IMG/VR virus record: IMGVR_UViG_3300035515_000417
Location: 1-64,000 of that record
Direction: 5' to 3' (one strand)
Length of the DNA stretch: 64,000 bases
From: a virus
Lineage: Duplodnaviria; Caudoviricetes
This document shows positions 30,919 through 41,476 of the stretch, piece by piece. The notes under the pieces are model-generated. The model saw nothing but the letters and a program-made list of their open reading frames with translations. It was not told the origin of the DNA and ran no database searches. Positions within the stretch are counted from its first letter, which is position 1; every line of letters begins with the position of its first letter. A program made the position numbers and the translations under genes.

Positions 30919-31039
30919 ATAGACAGGACGTCTTTGAAAAATAATAGAGATGCATCCTGTCTATTATATTACAGTCAGAGAATATTTTATACAGTCCAAG
31001 TACAAGTTAGTCAGAATACTTAAAAGTTGTGGTCTTGGA
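30919..31039 (+). other. Two tandem large-loop hairpins
   Basis: ATAGACAGGA(30919)...TCCTGTCTAT(30964); TCCAAG(30995)...CTTGGA(31039). Confidence 0.55.
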
Positions 31040-31112
31040 TATAAGCATTTGAATGTATAGAATTTGTTATTATTTAATTTTAAAAAATAAATTAAAAGGT
31101 GGATATACAATC

Positions 31113-32483
31113 ATGGCTAATACAAAGCGTAGAGCTGAATATATAGATAGAAATGGAAATATGTTTATACCTATGAACGTTGAGGGTGGTTCCTATAATG
31201 AACACTTTATAACAACTCCAAAATTGGCTTGCATTATAGGTATAATAGTAGGCTATGTAGCAATAATAATGTACATAGGTTCAATAAATGGTTCCTTTAT
31301 GGGTTATTTAATAACATTAGCAGGCTGGTCTGTTATAACAGTGTTCTTATTAAGGTTTGTAATATTTGAGGAAAAGTTCTATTATAGAATGTACCAAGAG
31401 TTGAAAGAACATGAAATTACCACACCTGCAATATTTTGGGACATAGCTTCAATAAAAGATACAGAAGATGGTGCTATAGTAACATATTCAGATGCAAGAA
31501 TAGCAATAATGGTAAAAATTGACAGAGATACAATAACTGGTAAAGAATCCGATTTTAAGGAAATGCATTATGATGCTATATCGGACTTCTATAGAGAGGT
31601 AGTGAATAGTAGATACAGTTTCATACAGATGAATGTAATGGAACAAGCTGGAAAAGACCCAAGGCTTAGTGAGTTGAATAAGTTAGTTAATAATAGTGAC
31701 AATCCAAATATTAACAGACTTATGGAATTGGAAGTAGGATATATAAAGAATATAACAAGAACTTCCTTATATGAGAGTGACTACTTTATATTTTATACCA
31801 CTGATGTGGCTAAGGTGGATACAATAATAAATGATATAACAGAGTGTTTGTTTAAACTACTTGACGGAGCTTATGTAGGATACACAATAATGTCAAGTAA
31901 AGAGATAGTAGATTTTGTTAAAGACCAGTATGGTGTGAATTATTTCAATGCTACAGAGGCGAGCATGAACATGTTTAGTAGAAACTCAGTGAATATATTG
32001 CCACCATTCAATATAACTGGAATAGTTTGGAATAACTCAGAGGAACAGGTGTTAAATAATAAAGAGCAGACAATATTAAAAGATACAGTGAACAGAATAT
32101 CAAGGGAAACATTAAAGCAAGAAGATGTATCATTTAAAGAGTCAATATACAGAAAGCCAGTTAAGAAGAAAGTTGGTGTAGACTTTGATACACTTGGAGA
32201 ATCAAGAGTACAAACGAGAAATAATTCAAGGCAGGTAATAAAGAGAGAACATATAAACCAACCAAACCAAACAGCTCAGAGAGAGTCAGTTGAGCAAAAA
32301 GATTTACAGGAACAGAGATCAAATTCAAATAGTAACAGTAGCCAAGAAATTGGTTTGAATGAAATAGGCAATGTTAAATTAGATAAATCAGTAAATCAAA
32401 ACAGTCAGACTTCAAAACCAATACAAATGCCAGAGATAAGTTTTGATAACAATAGTGATGAAGATGGTTTCATTGATTTATAA
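31113..32483 (+). CDS. PrgI/VirB3-like conjugation membrane protein with cytoplasmic extension
   Basis: Start at MANTKRR (RBS AGGTGG); two N-terminal TMs, globular domain, polar tail; lies upstream of virB4. Confidence 0.5.
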   Translation: MANTKRRAEYIDRNGNMFIPMNVEGGSYNEHFITTPKLACIIGIIVGYVAIIMYIGSINGSFMGYLITLAGWSVITVFLLRFVIFEEKFYYRMYQELKEHEITTPAIFWDIASIKDTEDGAIVTYSDARIAIMVKIDRDTITGKESDFKEMHYDAISDFYREVVNSRYSFIQMNVMEQAGKDPRLSELNKLVNNSDNPNINRLMELEVGYIKNITRTSLYESDYFIFYTTDVAKVDTIINDITECLFKLLDGAYVGYTIMSSKEIVDFVKDQYGVNYFNATEASMNMFSRNSVNILPPFNITGIVWNNSEEQVLNNKEQTILKDTVNRISRETLKQEDVSFKESIYRKPVKKKVGVDFDTLGESRVQTRNNSRQVIKREHINQPNQTAQRESVEQKDLQEQRSNSNSNSSQEIGLNEIGNVKLDKSVNQNSQTSKPIQMPEISFDNNSDEDGFIDL

Positions 32484-32516
32484 AAGTTAAAATTAAAAAA
32501 AAGGAGTAATACAGAA

Positions 32517-35045
32517 ATGAGAGTATTATTATCAGGAGGAATAAAGACAGACAATATACTAAGGGAAGTAGAGAAGAAATTTCAGTCAAGTGGCGAGGAA
32601 TTTTTAGTAGTAAACTATATAGATACTGTGGATGACATATATAGTAAGGGTGATTATTTCGATAAAGCAATAATAACAGAGCAGAGTATAACAAAAGAGT
32701 ACACAATAAATGATGAGGCTGCAATTAGAAAAAGAGTAAATGACTTTGCATTAGATATGCAACGTAGAGGTAAGAAAGTAACATATGTGTTCCTACTTAA
32801 ATCTGAGGAAATAGCTAACATGGTTCAAGAGGAAATACTTCCAATTATAAGATTTAGTGCAGTAGTAGTTCAGCAACCACCTTATGCAGTAACATTTATG
32901 GCTAGTTTAATCATAACAGATGTAGGTCAGTTACCGGATAAAATATTATATCATCCAAAGTCAATAGTAGGTGATACAAGCTACAATTCCAATAACTCAG
33001 ATACAGATTTGGACTTAACAAGTGATATGGATTTGAGTGACAATTATACAGTAAAGAATGCACCAAGTGATATGTCAAATCTGTTTGGGTTTAATGAGGA
33101 GGATAACTTGTTTGGTGATGAGGAGGATGACCCATTTGCATCCCTAAATGAGTTTGATAGCTTCACACCAGATGAGAATACAAGTACATCAGAATCAGAG
33201 TCAGAGGAATTTAACTTTGAGGATGGCCTGTTTGGTGATGAAAATAACAATATGGACCAGGCAGAACAAACATTTGAAAATAATGAGAACATTGATAATC
33301 AATTTGGTTCAAATTCATCAGATGGATTCAACTTTGAGGATGAAAATAGCCTGTTCATAAATGACCCAGATGCAGCCAATTCAAATTCATCAGATGGATT
33401 CAACTTTGAGGATGAAAATAGTCTGTTCATAAATGATTCACAGCAATTTGAACTAAATCAAGAGCAGTTCGAGGTAGAGCAAAATCAGTTGGAAGATGAG
33501 GGAATAGAATTAGAAAATATAGAGCCACTTGGTCAGAGTTATGAAGATGCTCCTGAGTTAGTGGATAAGAAAGTAAAAATAAGTAAAGATGAGGAGTATA
33601 CTGGTGATATGAACTATGAGGATGATTATGGAACAATGCAGGAAAATGATTTATATGCAAATTATGACCCTAATGCTCCAATAGAAGGCTTTGATGATAC
33701 AGTAGAGGATGACAGTTTATATGCTGATACATCAATGAATTATGATAACATGGTGGATGACAGTGACCTGTATGGAAATCAGGGTGGAATGAGCTATGAT
33801 GATAACAGCAACATGGGAAATGCAGAAGAAGAACTCTATAATGTAGATGAGGATATGAATAATGGAAATAATGTAGGGTTTGATATAGATGCTGATTTAT
33901 ATGGTACACCAGAACAAATGGACGATGCACAGTCAAGTGTAGCTGAAGACCCTGAAGCTAATATGTATCAGATGGAAGAGGAGAAGAGAGCAAGAGAGAC
34001 TCAGCTCAGACAGCAAGATATGATGATGCAACAGCAGATGAATAACCAAGGTAAGAAGAAAGGTTTATTAGGTAGGTTTAAGAAAGGAAATGCACAGCCT
34101 CAGCAACCAATGATGGTACCTAACCAGTTAAATGTAAATGCACCAGTACAGAATAATGTGAATCCAATGGGAAACATTGGTAACATTGGTAGAGTAAATG
34201 CCACATCAGTACAGACAGAGTTAAAACCCTTTGCTGCTAGAGGAAACAATATAGTTGTAACTGGTTGTGGTGGTTGTGGAACAAGTACAGTAGCCTACAA
34301 TATAGCCAACATAATAAATCAGCTAGGATATACAGTGTTATTAATTGACCTTGATACAGAGGGTAGGTCGCAGAATTATATTTCAAGAGCAAATTATGAG
34401 AGTATGGAGCCTGATGGCGCTAACCTAATGGCTGCTGTAAATAGCTCTACAAATTTCCAGTCACATGTTAGCGTAGTAAAGAGTGGATTTCATTTATTAA
34501 CCATGGGATTAGGAACAGATGTAGCACCAGTAAATGAGATGTTACAAGAGGATAGAATACCAAGGTTCCTTAATATGGCAAAGTCAGCAAGTAATTTCGT
34601 AATATATGATGTTCCATTTAACAGTGCCAAGGGATACTTGAAAGATGTAGTTTACAGAGCTGATAACCTTGTACTTGTAACAGATGCAAGTAACTGGGGA
34701 GTAACAAAAACCATGTTGAGTGTATGTAACATAGAGGAAAATGATATGCAAGATATAATGTTTACTAAAGCTCAGTTAGTGTTTAATAGATATAGAAATT
34801 TGAGTAAGGTACTTGGTAAGAAAGTTAGGACTTGTTCAGATATAGCAAAGGTAATGGACCAGAAAGTCATAGAACTTCTTGGTGAAGACCCTGGCTTCCA
34901 TTTCAGTGACCTCCATATAGCAGGAATAATTAATGATGACCCTGACTTTGAAAATGGTTGGTTTGATGATATACAATATTCAGATACTAAGAGAGGACAG
35001 GAGGTCTTCCTTAGATTAGCAGAGAGCATAGTATTAAAGAAATAG
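32517..35045 (+). CDS. CpaE/TadZ-like protein: pseudo-receiver, acidic linker, MinD/ParA-type ATPase
   Basis: IVVTGCGGCGTSTVAYNIA...GYTVLLIDLD, FVIYDVP, ADNLVLV; deviant Walker A lacks the lysines; receiver-like N-terminus. Confidence 0.75.
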   Translation: MRVLLSGGIKTDNILREVEKKFQSSGEEFLVVNYIDTVDDIYSKGDYFDKAIITEQSITKEYTINDEAAIRKRVNDFALDMQRRGKKVTYVFLLKSEEIANMVQEEILPIIRFSAVVVQQPPYAVTFMASLIITDVGQLPDKILYHPKSIVGDTSYNSNNSDTDLDLTSDMDLSDNYTVKNAPSDMSNLFGFNEEDNLFGDEEDDPFASLNEFDSFTPDENTSTSESESEEFNFEDGLFGDENNNMDQAEQTFENNENIDNQFGSNSSDGFNFEDENSLFINDPDAANSNSSDGFNFEDENSLFINDSQQFELNQEQFEVEQNQLEDEGIELENIEPLGQSYEDAPELVDKKVKISKDEEYTGDMNYEDDYGTMQENDLYANYDPNAPIEGFDDTVEDDSLYADTSMNYDNMVDDSDLYGNQGGMSYDDNSNMGNAEEELYNVDEDMNNGNNVGFDIDADLYGTPEQMDDAQSSVAEDPEANMYQMEEEKRARETQLRQQDMMMQQQMNNQGKKKGLLGRFKKGNAQPQQPMMVPNQLNVNAPVQNNVNPMGNIGNIGRVNATSVQTELKPFAARGNNIVVTGCGGCGTSTVAYNIANIINQLGYTVLLIDLDTEGRSQNYISRANYESMEPDGANLMAAVNSSTNFQSHVSVVKSGFHLLTMGLGTDVAPVNEMLQEDRIPRFLNMAKSASNFVIYDVPFNSAKGYLKDVVYRADNLVLVTDASNWGVTKTMLSVCNIEENDMQDIMFTKAQLVFNRYRNLSKVLGKKVRTCSDIAKVMDQKVIELLGEDPGFHFSDLHIAGIINDDPDFENGWFDDIQYSDTKRGQEVFLRLAESIVLKK
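33308..33436 (+). repeat. In-frame tandem duplication, 72-bp period
   Basis: 57-bp unit ttcaaattcatcagatgg...ctgttcataaatga at 33308 and 33380, one synonymous mismatch. Confidence 0.9.
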
Positions 35046-35061
35046 CCAAGAGCTAGAGGTG

Positions 35062-35091
35062 GTCTGATTCAGTAGAAATATTGAGTCAGAC
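35062..35091 (+). other. Intergenic hairpin without U-tract
   Basis: GTCTGATTCA-10 nt-TGAGTCAGAC. Confidence 0.55.
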
Positions 35092-35135
35092 ATAGCAATA
35101 AATAAGGAATCCTAAAACGAAAGGAAGTAAATACC

Positions 35136-36575
35136 ATGGTAAAGTACTTGATAAATGAAAATTTTCATGGATATGAGAAAGCAGACATAGGAACGGATGA
35201 ATTAAATGAACTGAGAGACAGTTTAGTGATTGTAGTAATTAATAAGAATTGTGATAATGAGGTAGGAAAATATTATAAAGCAGTAAGTAATTTACTTAAG
35301 CATAATAATAGAGTAATAGCTATAGGAATAGAAGACGAGAACAGAACTTTTAAGACAATAGCAGCTTTAATGGTAACCTTTGAGGCATATGATATATATG
35401 AAGTACATGCTAAAGAAGATATATCAGCACCATATTTACAAAGGATAGAGGGTAGAAATCCTGATATTATAGAGGTTCAGACATATATAGGTGGAGATGT
35501 TACAGCTTATGCAGATATGCAGACAATACTATTTGCAATACAGAGCCTTGTAGATGATGGCGATGTAAATGGATTGGAAAAATACGTTGAACAAAATGCA
35601 GTAAGCATAGAGAATTTAGTAAATAACTTAAATAAAATGAAAAAGAAATGTAATGAGTTTAACAGTAACGAATTAATTGATAAGGCTAACAGTTTAAAAG
35701 AAAAGGCTGACCAGTTAATTGATAAAATAGCTGAGAAAGATAAGCAGTTAGAGGAAGTAAAGCATGATAGAGATGAGAAGGAAGTAGAGGCTAATACAGC
35801 TAAGAGAGATTTAGTAAAGCTTAAGAACTTAAATCAATCACTTCAAGAGCAGGCTAAGTCAGCTGGTTCAGTGGTAAATGATTATAAAGAGTTACAGTTA
35901 AAGGGTTCTGATGTAAAGTGTAATGCAAAAAGGATACTGTATTTTAAGGAAATTTCATATGTAAAGTATATGAATACATTTATAACAAACTTTATGAAAT
36001 ACCTTGACACTAATAAGATTACAAATGTAAAATTATTGATATACGATTCAAATGTAAATGTATCTGCTAAATATGGAAATTTAACTATAGTAACTGGTAA
36101 AGAGTACAATTTACAGAAATCCCATTTGATAAGTGTAAATAAGGCGTTCGTGGTTGCAGAACCAGTTCCGGCAATAATAAGTGATATAGTATCGAGTGAT
36201 AAGTGCTTTGACATAGTTATAATCTATGACAGAATGGGAAAGAAAGAGGACATAGTTACAAATTCAAGTAACATAACTAAGTTCTATGTGGTAAATGGTT
36301 CAGCTGATTATTACAACATAAAGAAAATGTTTAAATTAACATCTACGACAAACATTATAACAAATTATGATACATCAATTGAAACAAAGTCACAGACAAA
36401 TCCAAAGCCATTGGCAAGAGAGTTTTTGGATATACCTTATATAGAGAACTACAAAGGTTCCACAGAGTCAGCTAAGGCAAGTCAGTATATAAAATTACAA
36501 TCTACAGTATCTGGAAAGAATTTATTTGACACGATTAGAAAGTTAGCATGGTTGGATGAGTTCTTCAAGAGGTAG
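35136..36575 (+). CDS. Hypothetical protein with central coiled coil
   Basis: 479 aa; alpha/beta N-terminus, ~90-aa coiled coil, alpha/beta C-terminus; between the CpaE-like gene and virB4. Confidence 0.75.
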   Translation: MVKYLINENFHGYEKADIGTDELNELRDSLVIVVINKNCDNEVGKYYKAVSNLLKHNNRVIAIGIEDENRTFKTIAALMVTFEAYDIYEVHAKEDISAPYLQRIEGRNPDIIEVQTYIGGDVTAYADMQTILFAIQSLVDDGDVNGLEKYVEQNAVSIENLVNNLNKMKKKCNEFNSNELIDKANSLKEKADQLIDKIAEKDKQLEEVKHDRDEKEVEANTAKRDLVKLKNLNQSLQEQAKSAGSVVNDYKELQLKGSDVKCNAKRILYFKEISYVKYMNTFITNFMKYLDTNKITNVKLLIYDSNVNVSAKYGNLTIVTGKEYNLQKSHLISVNKAFVVAEPVPAIISDIVSSDKCFDIVIIYDRMGKKEDIVTNSSNITKFYVVNGSADYYNIKKMFKLTSTTNIITNYDTSIETKSQTNPKPLAREFLDIPYIENYKGSTESAKASQYIKLQSTVSGKNLFDTIRKLAWLDEFFKR

Positions 36576-36591
36576 AGAATGGAGGCAATGA

Positions 36592-38826
36592 GTGTTTGGT
36601 AGTAAAAAGAATAAAAATAAGAATACACAGTCACAACAAGTTCAACAGCCAAATACAAATATGAATAACATGAATAGTTCAAACAGTAGTAGTGATGACC
36701 CATATGGGAACTTAACACCACAGCAGAGAGCATTCATGGAAGAATATAATAACAAGAACAATAAGAAAAAGTCAGCTAAGATGAGTAAGAGAAAAGAAAA
36801 GATTGACATGTATGACATGATATTTGCCAATCTGATAGCTGGAAATTCAATAATTGAGCCAAGCCAAAAGTTAGATAACAGTCAGATAGCAATAGGGTTT
36901 AGTAATATTTCTTCTGCTGAACAGCTGACAAAATATTATATGATTAGTAAATTTCCAGATTTCTTAGCTACACAGATGATTGACCACATAAGAAGTAGAT
37001 GTATGCGAATAGGTGTTAAAATGAACTTTTACTTCTATGTAAATCCCCATACAATAAATTGGGACTCATCTGAAATGAAAAACAGAATGGCTATATGGAG
37101 AAGATACAGTAATGAGCATGATGGTAACATAGATATTTTCTCTTATAGGACTCAGAGAGGTGAAGCACTTGCACGTAAGAGGATAATGACATCTACTAAA
37201 TATTTGAACGAGGCAGAGCTTGAATATAAGAGAAGTTTCTTAAGAGTGTTCTTTATCATAGAGGTTTCTGCTAAGAGAGATGAGGAAAGTTTAGCTAACA
37301 TGTCAGAATCAATAAGTATACTAAAGGCAATGTGTAAAGGTTCAGACATAAAGTTGACCGAATTAAGAATTAACATGATAGATTGGCTGAGAGCTACAAG
37401 TCCATTTAGCTTACAGACGTTACCACAGGTAGATGGAAAGTTATCAAGAAAAGTGTTTACAGATGATGTATTGGCTAACTTCAATAGCTATAAGCAAGGA
37501 CGTGTAGGTGTAAAAGGGGTTCCACTTGGTATAGATGTGTTGTCAGGTGGACCTGTAATGTATCAGTTTAAGTCAGACCCTGATGCAGCAGAGAATTGGT
37601 TAATATCGGCTGGTACAGGTGGTGGAAAATCCTTCTGGTTGAAAGTATTAATGACTTACTTGTTAGCTTGTAACTATACAATGTGTATAATGGACTATGA
37701 GGGTGATGAATATAACTCAATAGCAAATTATGTTAGAGCAGGTAAAGCTGATGATGTAAAGATAGTTTCAATGGGTAAAGGCAGTACAGAGTATTTCGAC
37801 CCATGTGAGATAGCAGAGTTAACAGGTGACCCAGAGGTAGATAATGAGTCAAAAGAGAGTGCAATAGGATTTATAATGAGTTTGTTCCGAGTAATAGTTA
37901 AGGGACTTGAGGGTGAGTTGAGCAAGGAGCAGGAAAAAGTAATAAGCTTGGCAATCCAAAGAATGTATGATACAGCTGGTGTTACAGATGATAAGAATAC
38001 TTGGCATAGGTCAAAAGGATTAAGATTACAAGATGTTTATTTGGAAATAAAGGATATGGTAGAAAGCAAGGAACTTGTAGATAGCGAGGCAGACAATTTA
38101 AAGCATAAAGCAGCAGTATCAATAATAGATACAGCTAGTGTATATTTTGAGCCTGGTGAAGCAAAAGCTACCACATTCAAAAATCCAATAAGTGCTAATG
38201 AATTGTATGAGTCACAGTTGATAATATTCTCGTTTGGTATGAAAGGTGCTTCGACAAATTCTACAGATAATACAGTATTAGCATTAAAGCAGTTGAGTGT
38301 TGCATATGTAAATATTTTGATAAGTAACTATTGTAAGTATGTTAAGCATAACTTCAATGTTAAAGTCTGGGAGGAATTTCAGAGATACGGTGAGATTCCA
38401 GGTAGTGAGGACATTATAGGAAACGTAATAACTGGTGGTCGTAAGAGAGGTGATATAAACTTCATCATAACAAATGACCTTGGTGCAATGCTTGATGATA
38501 ATAACAAGTTAGCAAAAAAGCTAAGACAGAATATTCAGAATTACTCAATAGGTAAGATAAAGGATAGAGCTGTAAGAGAGGACTTCTGTCAAAAGTTTGA
38601 CCAGAAAGAGATAATGCCGGCGCTTGATAGTATAGCAAAGGCACATATGGCAAGGCAGACAGGTGCTCAGAAATTAGCAGGGTCACAGACCAAATATAAA
38701 AATGCATTTTGTATAATACTTGAGGATGGAAAGAAAGCAGTGGTAAAAGCTAAGTTGCCAAAGGCATTAATCAATTCAAATCTGTTTAAGACAGGTGTAA
38801 GAGTTCAGGAAGAATCAAAAGAATAA
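36592..38826 (+). CDS. virB4: VirB4-family conjugative ATPase
   Basis: GVPLGID, Walker A AGTGGGKS, IMDYEGDEY, Walker B-like VWEEFQRY, GRKRG; GTG start with GGAGG. Confidence 0.85.
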   Translation: MFGSKKNKNKNTQSQQVQQPNTNMNNMNSSNSSSDDPYGNLTPQQRAFMEEYNNKNNKKKSAKMSKRKEKIDMYDMIFANLIAGNSIIEPSQKLDNSQIAIGFSNISSAEQLTKYYMISKFPDFLATQMIDHIRSRCMRIGVKMNFYFYVNPHTINWDSSEMKNRMAIWRRYSNEHDGNIDIFSYRTQRGEALARKRIMTSTKYLNEAELEYKRSFLRVFFIIEVSAKRDEESLANMSESISILKAMCKGSDIKLTELRINMIDWLRATSPFSLQTLPQVDGKLSRKVFTDDVLANFNSYKQGRVGVKGVPLGIDVLSGGPVMYQFKSDPDAAENWLISAGTGGGKSFWLKVLMTYLLACNYTMCIMDYEGDEYNSIANYVRAGKADDVKIVSMGKGSTEYFDPCEIAELTGDPEVDNESKESAIGFIMSLFRVIVKGLEGELSKEQEKVISLAIQRMYDTAGVTDDKNTWHRSKGLRLQDVYLEIKDMVESKELVDSEADNLKHKAAVSIIDTASVYFEPGEAKATTFKNPISANELYESQLIIFSFGMKGASTNSTDNTVLALKQLSVAYVNILISNYCKYVKHNFNVKVWEEFQRYGEIPGSEDIIGNVITGGRKRGDINFIITNDLGAMLDDNNKLAKKLRQNIQNYSIGKIKDRAVREDFCQKFDQKEIMPALDSIAKAHMARQTGAQKLAGSQTKYKNAFCIILEDGKKAVVKAKLPKALINSNLFKTGVRVQEESKE

Positions 38827-38845
38827 AGATACAGTGATTTAATAA

Positions 38846-38879
38846 AAAGAGCAAGTTAGAAAAATACTTGCTCTTTAAT
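38846..38879 (+). terminator. Rho-independent terminator
   Basis: AAAGAGCAAGT-9 nt-ACTTGCTCTTT. Confidence 0.75.
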
Positions 38880-38940
38880 TCTATCATTAAGATAAGTAAA
38901 AGATATATTTTTTATTTTTAAAAGGTGAGGATTGAGAGAG

Positions 38941-39096
38941 ATGTATATTTTATTATTTATGTTCATAGCAATTGTGGTTTATATAAAGACATTTAAGGAA
39001 AATTTTAATGAGGAAAATATACAGAAAATAGTACCAGAGTTGTTTGCTGCTGGCGTAATAATTGTAGTATTACTAATATTAAGTGCAATATCATAG
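38941..39096 (+). CDS. Small 2-TM protein (51 aa, not in ORF track)
   Basis: MYILLFMFIAIVVYIKTFKENFNEENIQKIVPELFAAGVIIVVLLILSAIS; upstream GGTGAGG. Confidence 0.65.
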   Translation: MYILLFMFIAIVVYIKTFKENFNEENIQKIVPELFAAGVIIVVLLILSAIS

Positions 39097-39118
39097 AGTT
39101 TAAGGTAGGTGACAGTAT

Positions 39119-41464
39119 ATGAATTTAAAGAACATGATATCACAAGAGGACGTGGACAGAGTAAATGATATAAGAAATCATCCACAATTTGAGGCAGGCT
39201 TTGATGGAGATTCAGATGACCTGTCAAGTAGTGTAGATAATGAACTTGATAATCTATTTACTGATGGTGGCAGTGACTTTGGATTTGATAATGACCCATT
39301 TAGTGGGGATGGAAGTAGCAGTTCAAGTTTCAATGACTCATTCGGAAATGATAGTGGATTTGGTGGTGGATTTACTTCAAATGCAAGTCCATTTGGAAAT
39401 GACTCAAACTTTGGGGGAAGTCCATTTGGAAGTTTTGGAAACAATCCACCACAGGCTCAAGCACAGGTACAACAGAAAGATACAATGGATTTAGCCATGG
39501 AAGCAGCTTCTGATACAATGAAGACATTAGGCAGTATAATGATGGACCTATTTAAGAGTGTATCACTAAGAACAGCTGATGATTTTGGATACTTTAGTAC
39601 AAATATGATAAAAGTCGCCTTAGTAGCAGTGCCAGTATCAGTAGTGCTTGGAATAACAGGTAGCCTAGCAGGAATAAAGATGCTGTCATTTTCAGGTTTA
39701 GGTTTACAAGGCACTTTGGCAGGTGCATTATCACTGACCTCTGGAATAGCAGGTATAGGCATGGCATCCTTGATATTAGTTAAAAAGGGTGACGAGGAAG
39801 AAGGAACAATAGACAATATACCTGATATAGATACTCATGAGAAAGATAGTAATACAGATAACTTTATGAGTGAATTTGAAGACCAAGCAGGTGCATCATT
39901 TGATGATATGTTTGGAAACTCTTCAGAGTTTGATGACTTATTTGGTAGTGATGACGACGATGATACTACGAAAGAAATCAGTGAACCAGAGCCCGAGGAG
40001 CCAGAGGAGGAAGAATTCGACGCTGATTTAGATACTGAAATCATTGATTATAATGCAGAACTTGAAAAGATAGATGAAAATGATGTTATATCAAGAGAGA
40101 ATTTGTTTAATACATTCAAAGTAATGTTACCAACAAATACACCAAAGTTCTATGAACGGTCAGAGATAAGTGTTGATGATACAAACTTCAAGTTACTAGA
40201 GACCATTTGTTTAAAGGCTTTGGCGAACTTAGCTAACTGTGAACTTGAAGAGGTCAACAGTCACTTAGAGTCAGCTACAGAGGGATTTTTCTCTTATGAG
40301 CTTAGACTAAAGAGAATAAATAAAGTTAAAAAGACAGAGGAGCTTGCTAGAGAAATAGAAAACTATATGAGAGAAAGTAGTAGTGATGAGTCAGTTACAG
40401 CTACAGTTGATATAGAGGGTGATTTCTATAAGATAACAGTAGCAAAAGGTGAGACAGCAGTAGTAACATTTGGTGATATATTTAAAGACCAAAAGAACGT
40501 GGACTTCTACCTTGATACAAAGAACAAATTACCTGTTATATTAGGTATAGATGCACTGGGAAATGTGGTGTTGGAAGATGCTAAGCTGTTTGACAGTATG
40601 CTAATAGCTGGTAAGCCTCGTTCGGGTAAAAGTTGGTATGTGCTAAGTATCATATTCAGCATGATGCTTTTCAATTCACCAGAGGAAGTTCAATTTTGTA
40701 TAGTTGACCCTAAGGAATCAAATTTGTTCAAGACAATAGCTCTTATGCCACATGTATTTGGACTACATAATCACAAACACATACTTAAAATATTAGATGA
40801 TTTGATAGATGTTGAGGCTCCAAGGCGTAAAAAATTGTTGGATGACAATCGCTGCGATGATATATGGGCACTAAATAAGAAAGGAATTAAGTTACCAGTA
40901 ATATGGCTTGTCATTGATGAGTTTATGACTGTCATAGGTGACTTTGATGAGAAAGAGGATAAAGATGCATTCAATATTAAATTAAGAACTCTGTTGAGTC
41001 AGTTACCAAGTTTAGGTATACGTTTATTATTTGTACCACACCGTGCAACTGGAGTAGTAGATAAAACCCAACGTACACTTTTACAATTTACAGCAGCTGT
41101 AAGAGCTGATACAGACGATGTAAAAGATACACTTGGCATACAAAAGTGGGACAGAGCATTAGTAAAACCTGGTGACATAGCATTAAAAACTTCTACAATG
41201 AAAAATGCAAGGTATGTAAGAGGTGCAGCATTGACCACAGAAGATGCAGAAAACACATTATTCATTGAAACTGCTGCTAAAGCATTTTATAAAAAGGGTG
41301 TTGACATACCTGATATGAGTAATTTAAGAGTAGCTTACAATAGAGATGAGAAATATATACAAGAGGAACTTGGTGGACAGGCAATAAGAGTTCAATATAA
41401 TGCAGCTAATATATTAAAAGACATAGAGGATGATGAGGGCATATCAATCCACTTAGGAAAGTGA
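39119..41464 (+). CDS. FtsK/SpoIIIE-family DNA translocase (putative TcpA-like coupling protein)
   Basis: Two TMs, acidic linkers, LPVILGID, Walker A AGKPRSGKS, VDPKES, Walker B WLVIDEF. Confidence 0.88.
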   Translation: MNLKNMISQEDVDRVNDIRNHPQFEAGFDGDSDDLSSSVDNELDNLFTDGGSDFGFDNDPFSGDGSSSSSFNDSFGNDSGFGGGFTSNASPFGNDSNFGGSPFGSFGNNPPQAQAQVQQKDTMDLAMEAASDTMKTLGSIMMDLFKSVSLRTADDFGYFSTNMIKVALVAVPVSVVLGITGSLAGIKMLSFSGLGLQGTLAGALSLTSGIAGIGMASLILVKKGDEEEGTIDNIPDIDTHEKDSNTDNFMSEFEDQAGASFDDMFGNSSEFDDLFGSDDDDDTTKEISEPEPEEPEEEEFDADLDTEIIDYNAELEKIDENDVISRENLFNTFKVMLPTNTPKFYERSEISVDDTNFKLLETICLKALANLANCELEEVNSHLESATEGFFSYELRLKRINKVKKTEELAREIENYMRESSSDESVTATVDIEGDFYKITVAKGETAVVTFGDIFKDQKNVDFYLDTKNKLPVILGIDALGNVVLEDAKLFDSMLIAGKPRSGKSWYVLSIIFSMMLFNSPEEVQFCIVDPKESNLFKTIALMPHVFGLHNHKHILKILDDLIDVEAPRRKKLLDDNRCDDIWALNKKGIKLPVIWLVIDEFMTVIGDFDEKEDKDAFNIKLRTLLSQLPSLGIRLLFVPHRATGVVDKTQRTLLQFTAAVRADTDDVKDTLGIQKWDRALVKPGDIALKTSTMKNARYVRGAALTTEDAENTLFIETAAKAFYKKGVDIPDMSNLRVAYNRDEKYIQEELGGQAIRVQYNAANILKDIEDDEGISIHLGK

Positions 41465-41476
41465 AAAGTAAGATAA

